This document shows, piece after piece, positions 45,099-57,331 of a stretch of DNA of 64,000 nucleotides. The notes beneath the pieces were generated by a model. The model was not told the origin of the DNA and searched no databases. It saw nothing but the letters and a program-made list of their open reading frames with translations. Origin of the DNA: an uncultured Planctomycetota bacterium (lineage in GTDB: Bacteria; Planctomycetota; Planctomycetia; Isosphaerales; Isosphaeraceae); contig CAWJTV010000005.1 in assembly GCA_963845755.1 (NCBI GenBank), positions 256,001 to 320,000 of the forward strand, in the 5' to 3' direction. The translations under genes were made by a program, and so were the position numbers. Every line of letters starts with the position of its first letter. Within the stretch, counting starts at the first letter, position 1.

Positions 45099-45882
45099 TA
45101 ATCGAGATCTCTCGGGCTCAGGATTGACCTGGAAGGGGCGCCGGGCCGAAAGGTCCGGGTAAGCGCCCATGTTGAGTGTGGCCCCGGTCAGAGCCAAGCG
45201 AATGCCTCACGAGGAGGCGGAAGCGCGGCAGAGACGTGGGCGGCCCACAACCCTATCAGGGTAAGTCGCTGCGGATGAGAGGTCAAGCCCAGGCCGACTC
45301 ATGCCCCGACCCGTTGAACCGATGGCTCCGCTGGCGCATTCGATGAAAGCGGTAGAACGAATCGGCCATGAAGCCTCATCCCGTTCGACAGACAATCGAA
45401 TTCGACCTAAAGTTCCTCTAGGCGCGGATAGGCTCGTAGTCGGACTTACGGGAGTTCGGACGATCCGCTCGCAACCGTCGAATCCCCGCGAATTGATGGT
45501 GGTCGGGGCACCGTTCTCGGCGCGGCCGCGCCGGCACTTCGCGGCACCGGAGAAGCGGAACGGGAGCCGTGGACACCCTACGGTCTGGAGGTTGTGGAAC
45601 ATGCATTTCCGTCGATGGGTACTCGCCCTGGTGATCACCTTGATGCTGATCGATTCCTGGGTGAAGAGCGCGGAAGCGACCTCGACCGAGCCCGACCAGG
45701 TCACGTCGGGCATCGCCTGCGTGGCCCTCCGGCTCGCCCGACCGGCGCGGTGAGGGTGCGCGACGATGTCCTGGCATCCTCCCTCGCGGCGAGGTAGAGT
45801 ACGAGACGATTGATCGGCGGTTCCTGTCCACTTCCTAGCGACCGCCCGATCGGGGATTGAAGTCGTCTCCCCCGAGGATGCC

Positions 45883-46605
45883 ATGCCCATCAAGGTGATC
45901 GGAGCCGGCTTGGGTCGGACGGGGACTCTCTCGCTGAAGGTGGCACTCGAGGAACTCGGGTTCGCCAACTGCTACCATATGAGCGAGGTCATCGCACATA
46001 TCGAGGACGCGCGGGTCTGGGATACCGCCGCTCGCGGAGAGCAGGTCGATTGGGAGACTCTCTTCCGCGGCTACCAGGCGACGGTCGATTGGCCCAGTTG
46101 TTCATTCTATGAAGACCTGATGCGGTACTATCCCGACGCAAAGATCGTACTCACCGTGCGCGAGCCCGAACGCTGGTATGACAGCGCATACCACACGATC
46201 TATTATGTCAGGCAGACGTTCCCGAGCTGGATCATGCCATTGTACCCACGGATGCGCATTTTCCGCCGCATACTCGATCGTTTCATCTGGGAGGGGACGT
46301 TTCGCGGGCGGTTCGACGACAGGAAGTTCGCGATCGAGGTCTTCAACCGTCACAACGAGCGGGTGCGCGAGGTTGTCCCACCCGACCGCCTCCTCATCTT
46401 TGAAGTCCGAGAAGGCTGGGAACCACTTTGTTCGTTCCTGGGCGTTCCGATCCCGGCAGGCAAGCCGTTTCCCCACCTTAATGATACTGCCGAATTCCGG
46501 TCGGGGGTCGTTCGCGGTGTCTGGATCATGCGCACCGTCTTGTTTACGATTGTCGCGCTGGCGGTCTTCTTCCTCGTATGGGTGGCAACTCGAATCCTGC
46601 GGTAA
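45883..46605 (+). CDS. Sulfotransferase-family (P-loop, Sulfotransfer_4-like) protein
   Basis: 'KVIGAGLGRTGTLSLKVALEELG...CYHM', 'VDWP', 'EGWEPLCSFLG...FPHLN'. Confidence 0.9.
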   Translation: MPIKVIGAGLGRTGTLSLKVALEELGFANCYHMSEVIAHIEDARVWDTAARGEQVDWETLFRGYQATVDWPSCSFYEDLMRYYPDAKIVLTVREPERWYDSAYHTIYYVRQTFPSWIMPLYPRMRIFRRILDRFIWEGTFRGRFDDRKFAIEVFNRHNERVREVVPPDRLLIFEVREGWEPLCSFLGVPIPAGKPFPHLNDTAEFRSGVVRGVWIMRTVLFTIVALAVFFLVWVATRILR

Positions 46606-46657
46606 GACGATCCGCGATCTGACCGGCTATACCGAAAACACAGACACGACCCGGCAC

Positions 46658-47164
46658 TCAGGTTGGACTTCGTGAGTAGTTCAAACTCTCCGATTCGTAG
46701 AGATCCTTGCGAAGACCCAGCAAGGCGAGAACCTCCACGGCGAGAAACAACGGGGCATTGAATACCTGGAAGAGGTTGTCGATCAGCGCCGGCCGTCTCC
46801 CTTCAATCGCATGGCCGATGAGCTGGATGATCCATCCCAGGACGAACGCGGCCAGGAAGATCGAGAACGACCAGCCGAATGGGAGGTGCGCAGTCCAGTC
46901 CGCGACCACTAGAAGCGTCAATGTGACCGGTAGCTGCATCAGTGCGACGGCCCAGTCCAGCCTGAAGTAGTAGCCCAGAACAACCACGTAGAATATCGTC
47001 GCCAGCGAGATCGGGACCCGGGGGTACAAGACGAAAGGAAACCAGCTCTGCGCAAGGAAGAGGGAGAAGGTGACCAGTGGAACGCCGAAGAAGTGCGTCA
47101 ATTTGTTCCGCGAATCCTTATGATACGCCCCGTAGGTCTGCATCTGCTCCTTCAAGGACATCAT
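46658..47164 (-). CDS. DUF962/Mpo1-like membrane protein
   Basis: 'YGAYH....N...HFFGVP', 'WIIQLIGH.IEGRRPAL.DN...APLF'. Confidence 0.9.
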   Translation of the reverse strand: MMSLKEQMQTYGAYHKDSRNKLTHFFGVPLVTFSLFLAQSWFPFVLYPRVPISLATIFYVVVLGYYFRLDWAVALMQLPVTLTLLVVADWTAHLPFGWSFSIFLAAFVLGWIIQLIGHAIEGRRPALIDNLFQVFNAPLFLAVEVLALLGLRKDLYESESLNYSRSPT

Positions 47165-47288
47165 GGTCGAGACTCCCTGGCCAGCCTGTCATCACGTGAC
47201 GCCGCGACCCCGCTATCCGGGAGTCCTGAGATCATAACATCTCCGTGCGGCCCGCGCACCATGGTGGGCCGAGATTGGCGGGGCCATC

Positions 47289-47822
47289 TCAGCGATGGTT
47301 GGGCTCTGCAGCCAACCGCCCTGCTCGTTCGACGACGCGCCGCTCCTGGAGGTCGCGATAGAAGCGGATCTCCAATCGGTTGGTCCGAATGCGCTGGAGT
47401 GCCTCGAGCATGAGGTTGACGCTGGCGAACAGAAGCAGTCCAACGCCCGTCACGGCCAGGATGACCGGCAGGGCGATTAGCCGGTTGCTGACCAGAACAT
47501 CGATCGCCAGGGCCAGGCTCGTCCCCACGAACGACGCGAACGCGATGTAGAGCGTCGTCAACGCGTAGCGGATGCGCTCGTTCCGCCATTCAAGCCGTCG
47601 CAGTTGATCCTGGATATGCTCCAGGCGTTCGTCCGTGAAGTCGAGATCGGTCGCCCCGCGGCCGAGTTTGTCAACCACGTCGTTTAGGACGCGGATACGG
47701 TCCACGACTCGCGCCATCCGGTTCGAGGTCGAGATGATCAGTGAGGCGTTGGCGGTCAGGAAGATCGCGGGTGTGATCATGGCCGTCAGCGCTTCATACT
47801 GCGACGGGGCGGCTATTGGCAT
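47289..47822 (-). CDS. DUF2721-family membrane protein
   Basis: 'AMITPAIFLTA..SLI.STSNRMARVVDR.R' plus three TM segments. Confidence 0.85.
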   Translation of the reverse strand: MPIAAPSQYEALTAMITPAIFLTANASLIISTSNRMARVVDRIRVLNDVVDKLGRGATDLDFTDERLEHIQDQLRRLEWRNERIRYALTTLYIAFASFVGTSLALAIDVLVSNRLIALPVILAVTGVGLLLFASVNLMLEALQRIRTNRLEIRFYRDLQERRVVERAGRLAAEPNHR

Positions 47823-48087
47823 CGGAGCGAATCTCCCACGAGACCTGTCGAAGCAGTCACACGTCGATTGGATCCGAGGCGCCAGGCATCTCCCAGGTCC
47901 TCGACTCCTCCGACGAGTCCGGCGGCGGGACCCTGTACATGGTTTTGTGATACCCTCTTCAGGGGACGTCACGGACCGATCGTTCGGTGGATTCGAGTCG
48001 CCCGACCTGCGCTGGAGTGAGGTAACTGTACATGGCCGGCAGTGCATGGCCGAAGATTGCTGTTGCTCGATCTGGATGGACGACGAT

Positions 48088-49771
48088 TCAGGCTCGCCTC
48101 AGCCTCATCGGCCGATATTGGGGGCACCACGTCGTCTCATCGACCAGCCGCTCGAGCTCGTCGAATCGGGAGGTCTCGGCGAGCCCTTCTCGTCGGGCCG
48201 CGTCGGCAACGGCCAAGGCGATCGTACGACCGACCCTGCGCGACTCCGATAGGGGCGGCAGAAGGGCGCCGGACGGATCGTGCCGAGCTGGTGCGACGTC
48301 GGCCAGGGCCCGCGCCGCCGCCATGAACATCCCGTCGCTGACGCGCCTGGCCTTCACAGCCCGGACGCCCAGACCGATCCCGGGGAAAACATAGCTATTA
48401 TTACACTGGGCGATCGGGAACTGCTGGCCGCGATACGAAACGTCCTCGAATGGGCTGCCAGTGGCGATCAAGGCGCGCCCCTCCCGTCCAGGAGATCAGA
48501 TCGGACGGCGTGGCCTCGACGCGCGACGTCGGATTCGAGAGCGGAAAGATGATCGGCCGAGGTGTCTGTAGGGCCAGGGTGCTAATGGCCTCCTCGGTAA
48601 ACGTGTGCGGCTGGCCCGAGACGCCGATCAGAATCGTTGGGCGGGCATTCTTGATGACATCAATCAGGCCGATCGGCTGATCCTCGGCCGGTCGCCAGCC
48701 CATCACAAAGTCTTTCGGCTGTGCGAGTTTCCGCTGGAACGGCCGCAGGCCGTCCATTCCATCGTGGAGCAAGCCCAGCTTGTCGATGAGGAAGAACCGT
48801 CCGCGTGCTTCGGACTCGGAAAGTCCTTCCAGGCCCATCGCGGCCACGAGCTGCTCGGCGATTCCGCAGCCCGCCGAGCCGGCACCCAGGATCGCGACCC
48901 GATGATCTCGCAGTCGCTCTGCCGTGACGCTCACGGCGGCCAGAAGAGCCCCGGTGGTCACCGCGGCCGTCCCCTGGATGTCGTCGTTGAACGTGCACAT
49001 CTGGTCGCGATAGCGCACCAGAAGTCGATTGGCGTTGTTCTGAGAAAAGTCTTCCCACTGGAGCAAGACGCCAGGAAACCTTCGCTGGACGCCCTTCACG
49101 AATCCGTCCACGAACTCGTCGTACTCGGCGCCGGTGATCCGTTCATGCCTCCAGCCGACATAAAGCGGGTCGTCGAGATGAGCGGGATTGTTCGTGCCGA
49201 CGTCAAGCAAGATCGGCAAGGTCGTGGCGGGGTGGATTCCCCCACAGGCCGAGTAGAGCGAAAGCTTGCCGATCGGGATTCCCATCCCACCAGCCCCCTG
49301 GTCACCCAGGCCCAAGATTCGCTCGCCGTCGGTCACTACGATCACTTCAACCTTCGACGGCGTGGCATTGTCGAGGATCGCCTCGATTTCGTCGCGTTCG
49401 GGGTAGGCGATGAACAGTCCGCGAGGGCGCCGGATGATGTGACTGAACCGCTCGCAGGCCAGGCCCACGGTCGGCGTGTAGATGATCGGCATCAGCTCGG
49501 CCAGGTGATCCAGGAGCAGGCGATAGAACAGCGTCTCGTTGTTGTCCTGGAGCTGCCGCAGATAGATATGCCGCTCCAGGTCCGTCGCCTTGTCCTGGTA
49601 GGCTTCATACGATCGCAATACCTGGTCTTCGAGTGTGTCCTCGTGTGGTGGCAAGAGGCCCAGCAAGCCCAGCTCCCGACGCTCGCTTGCCGTGAATGCC
49701 GTCCCCTTGTTCAGCAGCGGACACTCAAGAAGGAGATGGCCATTGAACGGCACTTCCAGGACCTCGTCCAT
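48088..49771 (-). CDS. maeA: NAD-dependent malic enzyme; frameshift at ~48478
   Basis: 'LNKGTAF', 'IYTPTVG', '[14 protein letters not shown]', 'FNDDIQGT', 'GAGSAG', 'LSNPT', 'IATGSPF', '[12 protein letters not shown]'. Confidence 0.93.
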
Positions 49772-50009
49772 CAATGGGACTCCGGCATGACATCGCCGTG
49801 ACGGATCACGGCCTATTCCTTGCTTCCCGAGCCACTTGCCCGCGGTCGTGGAGCGTGTCAATCTTAGGGGATGGCCACGCGTCGTGTTAACGGGCAATGG
49901 ACGGTTGGAGGCTCTTGGCGTAGGATGATTACGATCTAGGAGATCGGCCATGGGCCCGCGAGATTCGGGCCTGGGCCTTGCCAAACAGGAGTCGGTCAAC
50001 CCTCGCGTC

Positions 50010-50886
50010 ATGGCTCTTGCTCGTTATCGCATGCTGGCGCTCGATGTGGATGGGACGCTGCTGGACCTCGATGGTACGCTGCGCCCTCGGACGGCGGATG
50101 CCGTCGCTCGCGCGGCGCGGGCGGGCATCCAGCCCGTCCTCTGCACGGGCCGACGCTACCGGCGCGCCCGACCGATCGCCGAGCAACTTGGCCTGGAGGT
50201 GCCGCTGATTTGCAACTCGGGAGCCATCGTCAAGGTCCCAGGCGATCATCGCACGCTCTGGCGCGCCGACTTCGACCCGGAGCTGGCTGCGGACGTCCTC
50301 GATCTCTTCCATGGTCACGATGAGCCTGCCGTCCTCTTCACAGATCGAGGTCCCGACGACTTCGACTTCGTGGTCCCGGCCTTCCCCACCGGCCGGGCGC
50401 CGTTCGACGATTACGTCGGCAAGAACCTTGAGCATGCCGAGATCGACGCCACCTGGAGGCGACGGAGAGGCGCCGAGCTTCCGCCTCGCGCTCGTGGCGG
50501 CGAGCCGTTGTTCCACGTCTGCGCCGTGGGCACTCGGGCTGAGATGCTGGCGTTCGAGAGGGTGGCTCTCGACCGGATCGGGGGCCGCGTCCAAACCTTC
50601 GTGCTCCGGACGTCGCGGTATCTCGGCACGATGTGCGAGATCCTGCGCATCGACGCCAGTAAGTGGACCGCCGTTCTCAATCTGGCCGAGATGTGGGGCG
50701 TCGAGCCCGGAGAGATCTGCGCCGTGGGCGACGATGCCAACGACATTCCGATGATCCGTAATGCTGGCCTGGGGGTGGCCATGGGACACGCGCATCCCGA
50801 TGTCCAGTCGATCGCCGACCATGTCACCGGCGGCCATGACGAGGATGGCGTGGCCATGCTCGTCGAACGAGATCCTGCTGGGTTAG
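50010..50886 (+). CDS. Cof-type HAD-IIB hydrolase; 1-nt insertion at ~50866 hides the likely stop at 50886
   Basis: '[10 protein letters not shown]', 'CTGR', 'NSGA', 'SKW', '[11 protein letters not shown]....GLGVAMGHA', 'EDGVA'. Confidence 0.9.
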
Positions 50887-51064
50887 AACAAATGCCAACG
50901 TTCGCTGCGTCCGTACTCGAGTCGTCCCGTCAGTTCGTGGATGGCCACCGGCCGATGCTCCTCACCACGGTTTGACCCGTCGGTGCGACCTGGCTTTCGC
51001 GCCGGATGGAGGTCTTTATATCCTGAAGCCGGATGCCTACGTCATCGACGATCGAAGGTGGATT

Positions 51065-51112
51065 CAAAAAGGGGACCGGCACCTCGAAGACTCGGAGCCA
51101 GTCCCCGTCTTG
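51065..51112. repeat. REP-like palindrome between convergent genes
   Basis: ggggaccggcacc (51071-51083) / ggagccagtcccc (51094-51106); resembles the 29068-29110 hairpin. Confidence 0.6.
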
Positions 51113-51284
51113 AAACAGCTTGTAAGCTCCATCACCACGCGGGTACGTTTCTCAAAATCACCAATGCCCCGAGGTTCTCCCGTCTCGAGGTACAGCGTCG
51201 CCATGAGAGCGACCGTGACTTCGTTCGAGCAAGTTGAAACCGCGGTTTGAAGCCGTCCCGTGGGATTGGAGAGTGTCGCGGCGA

Positions 51285-53457
51285 CTACGTATTCGAGAGA
51301 ATCGTCAGCAGGGCGCTGTGGTTGAACCGGCTTGACGAGATGATAGTCGAACCCTGTCCGCCGGCCGGGTGTGTCGTCCTCCTCCTGGCTGTACCCCGAA
51401 ACCGCCACGATCACCGATTCCCGGCATCCCTCCTCCTGGCGTAGCCGCCGCGCCACCTCGTAGCCGTCCATCTCGGGTAGACCGATATCGAGTAGCACGA
51501 CTTCGGGGCATTGTTCTCTGGCCATTCGGATAGCCTCTACGCCGTGATGGGCCGTTTGGACCTGATGACCGAGGAGCTTGAGCAGGCGAGTCAAACCCGC
51601 GGCCATGTCCACGTTGTCATCGACGACAAGGATTCGCGACGATCGACGCGGAGGCGCCTCAGGGCATGACTCGGAGGCAGACCGGGCTTCGGCCGGGCGC
51701 TCGGCGGCCGGGAGCCGCAGCGTGAATTCGCATCCCCGGCCAGGCCCCTCGCTCCCAGCCGCAACGCTGCCGCCGTGCAATTCGACCAGCTTCTTGACCA
51801 CGGTCAACCCGATGCCGAGCCCACCTTCGGAGCGGGCCTGCGAGCGATCACCTTGGGCGAACAGCTCGAACATCTCGGGAAGGTTCTCGGGAGGCATGCC
51901 AATCCCGAAATCGCGCAGACTGATCACGACCTTGTCACCTACCCGCGAGGCGACGAGTCGGATGAGGCCGGCGTTCTCGCTATACTTCGCGGCGTTGTGC
52001 AGGAGATTGACTATCACCTGCTCCAGGCGGGTTGGGTCAGCGTCAAGCCACAGGTTTCCTCGGTCTAAGGACACCTCGAGCCGGTGGTGCCGCTCCTCGA
52101 TGAAAGGCCGCGCGGTCTCGATCGCACACTCGAGAACCTTCGTGGCATCGAGGACCTTGCGCCGCAACTCGATCTTGCCCCGTGTGATCCGCGAAACATC
52201 GAGAAGGTCGTCGATCAGTCTCGTCAGATGCTGAGTCTGCCGGCTGATGACGTCCATGCTCCAATCGATATGCTCCTTGAGTCCCGAGACGGTTGACAGT
52301 GAGATGGCGTTTGCTATGGCCGCCAGCGGGTTCCTGAGCTCGTGGGCGAGCATGGCGAGGAACTCGTCCTTCCGTTTGTCCTTCTCCCGCAGGTCGTGGT
52401 TAAGCTCTTCCCGCTCGCGCTCGTTTTCACGTTGCTGGGTCACGTCGTGGAACACCAGGACCAAGCCGCGAATCTTCCCCTCGTCGTCCTTGATGGGCGC
52501 GGCCGAGTCGCTGATGGGCAATGCCGTGCAATTCTTCGTCACCAGAACCGCATGCTCGGCCAGGTCCACGACCAGGCCCTTGCCGAGGACCGTCGCGACC
52601 GGGCTCTCGATGGGCTCGCCCGTCTGTTCGTTGGCGATCCGGAAGATCTCACCGAGCGGCTTGCCCTGGGCTTCGGTCTGGACCCAGCCAGTCAGCATTT
52701 CGGACGTCGGGTTCATGAAGGTCACGCGGCCGGCCTCATCCGTGGCGATGACCGCGTCACCGATGCTTGCCAGAGTCGTCGAGAACCAGCGGGCGCTGGT
52801 TCTCACGTCGGCGCTGCGCCGCTGGTTCAGATAGTGGACAGCGAACAGGAGGGACAGGGCGAGGACCGAAACGAAGGAGAATGTCACAATCGTCCGGGTG
52901 ATGGCCGTCTGAAATCCGGCCCGCCGAGCGGCTCGGATGACATTTTCGGTATCCGTCAACTCGCCTATCCGCTTTCGCAACTCGCTCATCAGCGAGAGGC
53001 CCGTACCAGACTTGACGACGGCAACGGCGGCTTCAAATCCCTGATCTCGCCGAAGCTCGATGGTTTTCTCGAGTTGGTCGAACTTCGCCGTGATCGCCTT
53101 CTCGATGCGGACGATGTGCTCACGGCGGATGCCATTGTTCACCGCGAGCCGCTTTAGCGAGCTGATCGAACGAGCCACCCTCGAGCGAGACTCGGAATAA
53201 GGGCCGAGGTAGCGCTCGTCGCCGGTGAGTAGATACCCGCGCTGACCGGTCTCGGCATCCCGCAGGTTCGAGAGAACTGCCTCGAGTCCTACGAGCATTT
53301 CGTGGGTCTGGGCGACGTGCCGAGAATTCCCAGCGATCGTCTCCAGGTTCCAGAACGTCACTACGGTGTTGACGATGAGGAGGCCGAACGCCAGGGCATA
53401 TCCGGCCACCAACCGATTCGAGGATGGCCACCTCATCTCACACGGATACATCGGCAT
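51285..53457 (-). CDS. Hybrid sensor histidine kinase (CHASE3-PAS-HisKA-HATPase-REC); 1-nt insertion at ~51325 near the C-terminus
   Basis: 'DAETGQRGYLLTG', 'SIGDAVIATD', 'LAHELRNPL', 'NLLHNAAKY', 'GLGIGL', 'LLDIGLPEMDG', 'HLVKPV'. Confidence 0.93.
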
Positions 53458-54033
53458 CGCTTCACCAACTTCTCGGGATCTGACCAGGTGGTTGTCAACG
53501 GCATGTCGCGCGGACGGCGGGGTGGGAAGGCGGCCGATGCTCGCGGATCGGCCCAAAATCTCATCGCGCGCGGAAAAGCCTCAGCGCTCTTGGTCCCGTT
53601 CATCTAAGTCGCTGCACTTCGCCATCTCCAGACAGGATGGCAGAGGACCGACGTTGGCCCTTAACATCCCCTTCACACGGGGAATACGCGATCTCGCTGC
53701 GGTGGGTGGACGGCCTGGAATCGGTCTGGAACCGCCCCGGATCCCACACCTCCCTCGCATCCGACCAAGCCTATTCCCGAATTCTCGAACGCCTTTATAG
53801 GCATACCTATAATCAGGAGACGCGTCAAGTCTTCTTTCGGTGCAGTTCAGTTTATCAACCTCGCCCCGGCGCACCGAATTGAAGACAACTTTTGTTTGGA
53901 CTTCCAGTATTGAGGGGTCGTATCCCATTGCCCGGGGTCAAGAGCAACGCTTTCCACGAGAGGTCGAGGTTTCGTCGGAGCCTTGTGGGGGTCCGGTGCC
54001 GACTTGCACGGAGCCTCGGCCTGCCAACAGCGA

Positions 54034-55434
54034 TCAATTGCGCCCGCGGGACAGATATTCCGGGTTAGGCCTGGGCATCTGGCTCCCGACCGATCGCCGC
54101 CAGCCGTCCAGCAATTCGCTCAGACGCGCTGCGTCACCGGGCCGTTCGATCACGAGGTTGTGCCGTTCGCCGAGGTCTCGCCGCAGGTCGTACAACTCTC
54201 GGTGGCCGTCCTCGTAGTTTTCGATCAGCTTGAGATCACCTTGGCGGACGGCACCCCCCGGCCGGCCCCCCTGGTTACTGTAGTGCGGGTAGTGCCAGAA
54301 CAGGGCGGTTCGTTTCAGTTCCCCGCGTCCGTGGAGCAGGGGTGTCAGGCTCACACCGTCGATCTCCTGGTTCGGAGCCGACTTCACTCCGGCAACGTCG
54401 AGGATGGTCGGGTAGAGGTCCTGCCCGCTCACGGGTACATCGCAGACCGAACCGGGCCGGGTCGCAGCCGGCCAGCGGACGATCAGCGGCACTCGGATGC
54501 CGCCCTCGTAGAGGTAGCCCTTGCCTGCTCGCAGCGGGGCGTTCGATGTGGACGGCGTGTTCGGTCCCTCCTTGACCGATAGCCCACCGTTGTCGGACGT
54601 GAAGACGACCAGGGTCCGATCGGCGATCGCGAGTCGATCCAGGGTCGCGAGGACCCGCCCCACGGCATGGTCCAGGCTTTCCATCATCGCCCCATAGATC
54701 GGGTTGGATTGCGGCGACGATCCCGCCGGCTTCACCTTGTATCTGGCCAGCATTCCCGGCTTGGCCTGGAGCGGAATGTGGACCGCATAGTGCGGCAGAT
54801 AGGCGACGAACGGACGAGCCCGGTTCTGCTCGATGAAGGTCACGGCCTCGTCGGCGAGGCGATCCGTCAGGTACTCATCGGCCGAGCGGGCCTTCATGGT
54901 CGGGGTCTCGAAGCCGAAGTAGCCGCCTGGGGGGGAGCCGGTCTCGGTGCCGCCTACGTTGACGTCGAATCCCTGGTGCTCTGCCCAGAACGGACGCCCG
55001 CCCAAGTGCCACTTGCCGATGCTCGCCGCGGCATAACCGGCGGGCTTTAGCGCCTCGGCGATCGTGGTTTCTGCCAAGGGGAGCTGCTGAAGGATCTCTG
55101 GACGCACTAGCATCTGCGAGGGCCGGTCCGGCCGGCCCGGCAGCCAGTCGGTGAGATGCAACCGCGCAGGAGACTTTCCGGTCATGATGGCGGCTCGCGA
55201 CGGGGAACAGACCGGGCAGGCGGCGTAGGCATTGGTGAACCGCATCCCGGTTCGTGCGAGGCGGTCGAGGTTGGGCGTCGCATGGTACGTACTGCCGTAA
55301 CAGCTAAGGTCGGCCCAGCCGAGGTCGTCGGCGATGATGACAATGACGTTCGGCCGCGGAACATCGGCCGCCGGCAAGCTCGAACTCCATGCCAGGCCGA
55401 CGAAGGCGAGCGATGCAGGAAAGTGACGGAACAT
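54034..55434 (-). CDS. Secreted formylglycine-dependent sulfatase
   Basis: Signal peptide; 'PNVIVIIADDLG', CSPSRAAIMTG, 'GKWHLG', 'SDNG', 'YEGGIRVP'. Confidence 0.95.
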   Translation of the reverse strand: MFRHFPASLAFVGLAWSSSLPAADVPRPNVIVIIADDLGWADLSCYGSTYHATPNLDRLARTGMRFTNAYAACPVCSPSRAAIMTGKSPARLHLTDWLPGRPDRPSQMLVRPEILQQLPLAETTIAEALKPAGYAAASIGKWHLGGRPFWAEHQGFDVNVGGTETGSPPGGYFGFETPTMKARSADEYLTDRLADEAVTFIEQNRARPFVAYLPHYAVHIPLQAKPGMLARYKVKPAGSSPQSNPIYGAMMESLDHAVGRVLATLDRLAIADRTLVVFTSDNGGLSVKEGPNTPSTSNAPLRAGKGYLYEGGIRVPLIVRWPAATRPGSVCDVPVSGQDLYPTILDVAGVKSAPNQEIDGVSLTPLLHGRGELKRTALFWHYPHYSNQGGRPGGAVRQGDLKLIENYEDGHRELYDLRRDLGERHNLVIERPGDAARLSELLDGWRRSVGSQMPRPNPEYLSRGRN

Positions 55435-55708
55435 CGGGGAATCCTTTGCCGTAGTCAATCTGGGGGCGAGTCGGCGAGAAAATCACAACCGAGCCCCGGT
55501 CTGGCGATATTATGGCGCTGAACCTACGCAAACGCAGCTCATTGCTCGGGAAAGTTGCGGGACTCGTGGCGGCCAGGAAATCCGGACGGAGGTTCTGACC
55601 TGTGTCATGGGTTGACCGGGCCTCTCCGCTCGCCAATGGTGATCTTGGAGGAGTTGCCCATTCAAGGTAGACTCGCCACCAGCGACCAAGGGGACCGGAG
55701 GCTCAGCG

Positions 55709-57331
55709 ATGGCAGGGATGCAAGCGGGCTTGGCGGGAGTTGGAGTTACGGCACAGACCGAGGCGCTGGGCGACGCGTTCAATTCGCCCACATCGCTCCG
55801 AGCGCGGACGATCAACTTCTCGCTGGAAAACCGATACGCGGAGTCCGAGGCCTGTGCGCGCGAGGCGCTACGACTCTGGCCGGATGATATCGATATGCTG
55901 AACGCGCTCGGCGTAGCCGTCTGGCGCCAGGGCCGGCCCGACGAGGCTGTCGAGATCTGCGAAAGTGCCCATCGGATCAAGCCGGATGACTTCCGGGTCT
56001 TGACCAATCTCGGGCTGGTCCACCTTGAGCAGCAGCGCAATGTCGAGGCTGCCGACTGCTTCCGGGCTGCGCTCCGGGTTCAACCCAAAGCCTTCGACCC
56101 ACAGATGAACCTGGGTATCGCGCTATCAAATCAGGGAAACTTCGACGAGGCAATGGGCTGGCTCGATTCGGCGCTAAGGATTCGGCCCGACTCGTTCGAT
56201 GCCCTTCAAAACGTCGGGATGAACTTCGGTCGGATGGGACGGATCGACGAGGCGATCGATTTTTTTGAGAGGGCCCTCCAGCAGCGTCCTGATTTCGCCG
56301 AAATCCATCGCAATCTGGGCTATATGCTACTCCAACTCGGTGATTATCAGCGCGGCTGGGCGGAGCACGAATGGCGCTTGACCTGCAAACCCCATCACGG
56401 CTGCCGCGTCAACCGCACTTTCTGGAATGGCGATGATTTCCGCGATCAGACGATTCTGCTCCACTTCGAGCAGGGGTATGGGGATACCTTGCAATTCATC
56501 CGCTTTGCACCGATGGTCAAGCGGCGAGGGGGCCAAGTCCTGGTGATCTGCCAGGCCCCGCTACTCCGGCTGGTTGCTCGCTGCCCGGGGGTCAACCTGG
56601 CGTTCGACGGCTCGGTTTATGAACCCGCATGTCACATCCAGGCGCCGTTGATGAGCCTCCCGTCGATCTTCGGCACGACCCTTGACACGATCCCCGCCAC
56701 GGTGCCCTATCTCACTGTCAACCCGGTGCTCTTGGATCACTGGGGATCGATCGTGTCGCGGACGCTGGGTTCGGAAGGGGCCACGGAGCCGGGTGCACCC
56801 GTAGGATCCCGCTCTTCACGACCGGGTCGGCCCATGTTGATCGGGATCGCCTGGCGAGGCAACCCCGGCAACCAGTTGGACCAATGGCGTTCGTTCCCGC
56901 TAACTCAGTTCGCTCCCCTGGCCGAATTACCCGGTGTCCGGTTCATAAGCTTGCAGGTCGCCCATGGCTCGGAGGAGCTGGCGAACCTGAATGGCCGGTT
57001 TCCGGTCATCGAACTACCCGGCCGTCGCGGGCTCGACTTCAGCGAGACCGCGGCGATCATGTCCCACCTCGACCTGGTGATCGCGCCGTGTACAGCCGTG
57101 GCGCACCTGGCCGGAGCGCTGGGCGTGCCCACGTGGGTCCCCCTCTGCCACATCGGTGATTGGCGGTGGTTGAGAGGACGCGACGATAGCCCGTGGTATC
57201 CCACCATGCGATTGTTCCGCCAGTCCAGACTCGACGAGTGGGAGAGTGTCTTCCGTCGCATGGCCGACGCCCTGAAGCTCGAGCTGGAGCGCACGGGCCG
57301 CGGGCCGCGCGTGACCTTATCAGCGGGTTAG
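55709..57331 (+). CDS. TPR-repeat protein with C-terminal GT9-like glycosyltransferase domain
   Basis: Several TPRs; 'GWAEHEWR', 'EQGYGDTLQFIRF', 'IGIAWRGNP', 'AHLAGALG.P.W', 'DWRW...DSPWYPTMRLFRQ'. Confidence 0.9.
   Translation: MAGMQAGLAGVGVTAQTEALGDAFNSPTSLRARTINFSLENRYAESEACAREALRLWPDDIDMLNALGVAVWRQGRPDEAVEICESAHRIKPDDFRVLTNLGLVHLEQQRNVEAADCFRAALRVQPKAFDPQMNLGIALSNQGNFDEAMGWLDSALRIRPDSFDALQNVGMNFGRMGRIDEAIDFFERALQQRPDFAEIHRNLGYMLLQLGDYQRGWAEHEWRLTCKPHHGCRVNRTFWNGDDFRDQTILLHFEQGYGDTLQFIRFAPMVKRRGGQVLVICQAPLLRLVARCPGVNLAFDGSVYEPACHIQAPLMSLPSIFGTTLDTIPATVPYLTVNPVLLDHWGSIVSRTLGSEGATEPGAPVGSRSSRPGRPMLIGIAWRGNPGNQLDQWRSFPLTQFAPLAELPGVRFISLQVAHGSEELANLNGRFPVIELPGRRGLDFSETAAIMSHLDLVIAPCTAVAHLAGALGVPTWVPLCHIGDWRWLRGRDDSPWYPTMRLFRQSRLDEWESVFRRMADALKLELERTGRGPRVTLSAG

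Noticed and set aside
45207..45880. ORFs 45301-45753 (+) and 45207-45968 (-)
   Set aside because: No motif support; a short membrane peptide near 45600-45753 is possible but unsupported.
50972..51250. 92-aa ORF with 'DLAFAPDGGLYI'
   Set aside because: Weak start, runs through a REP-like palindrome; at most a gene remnant.
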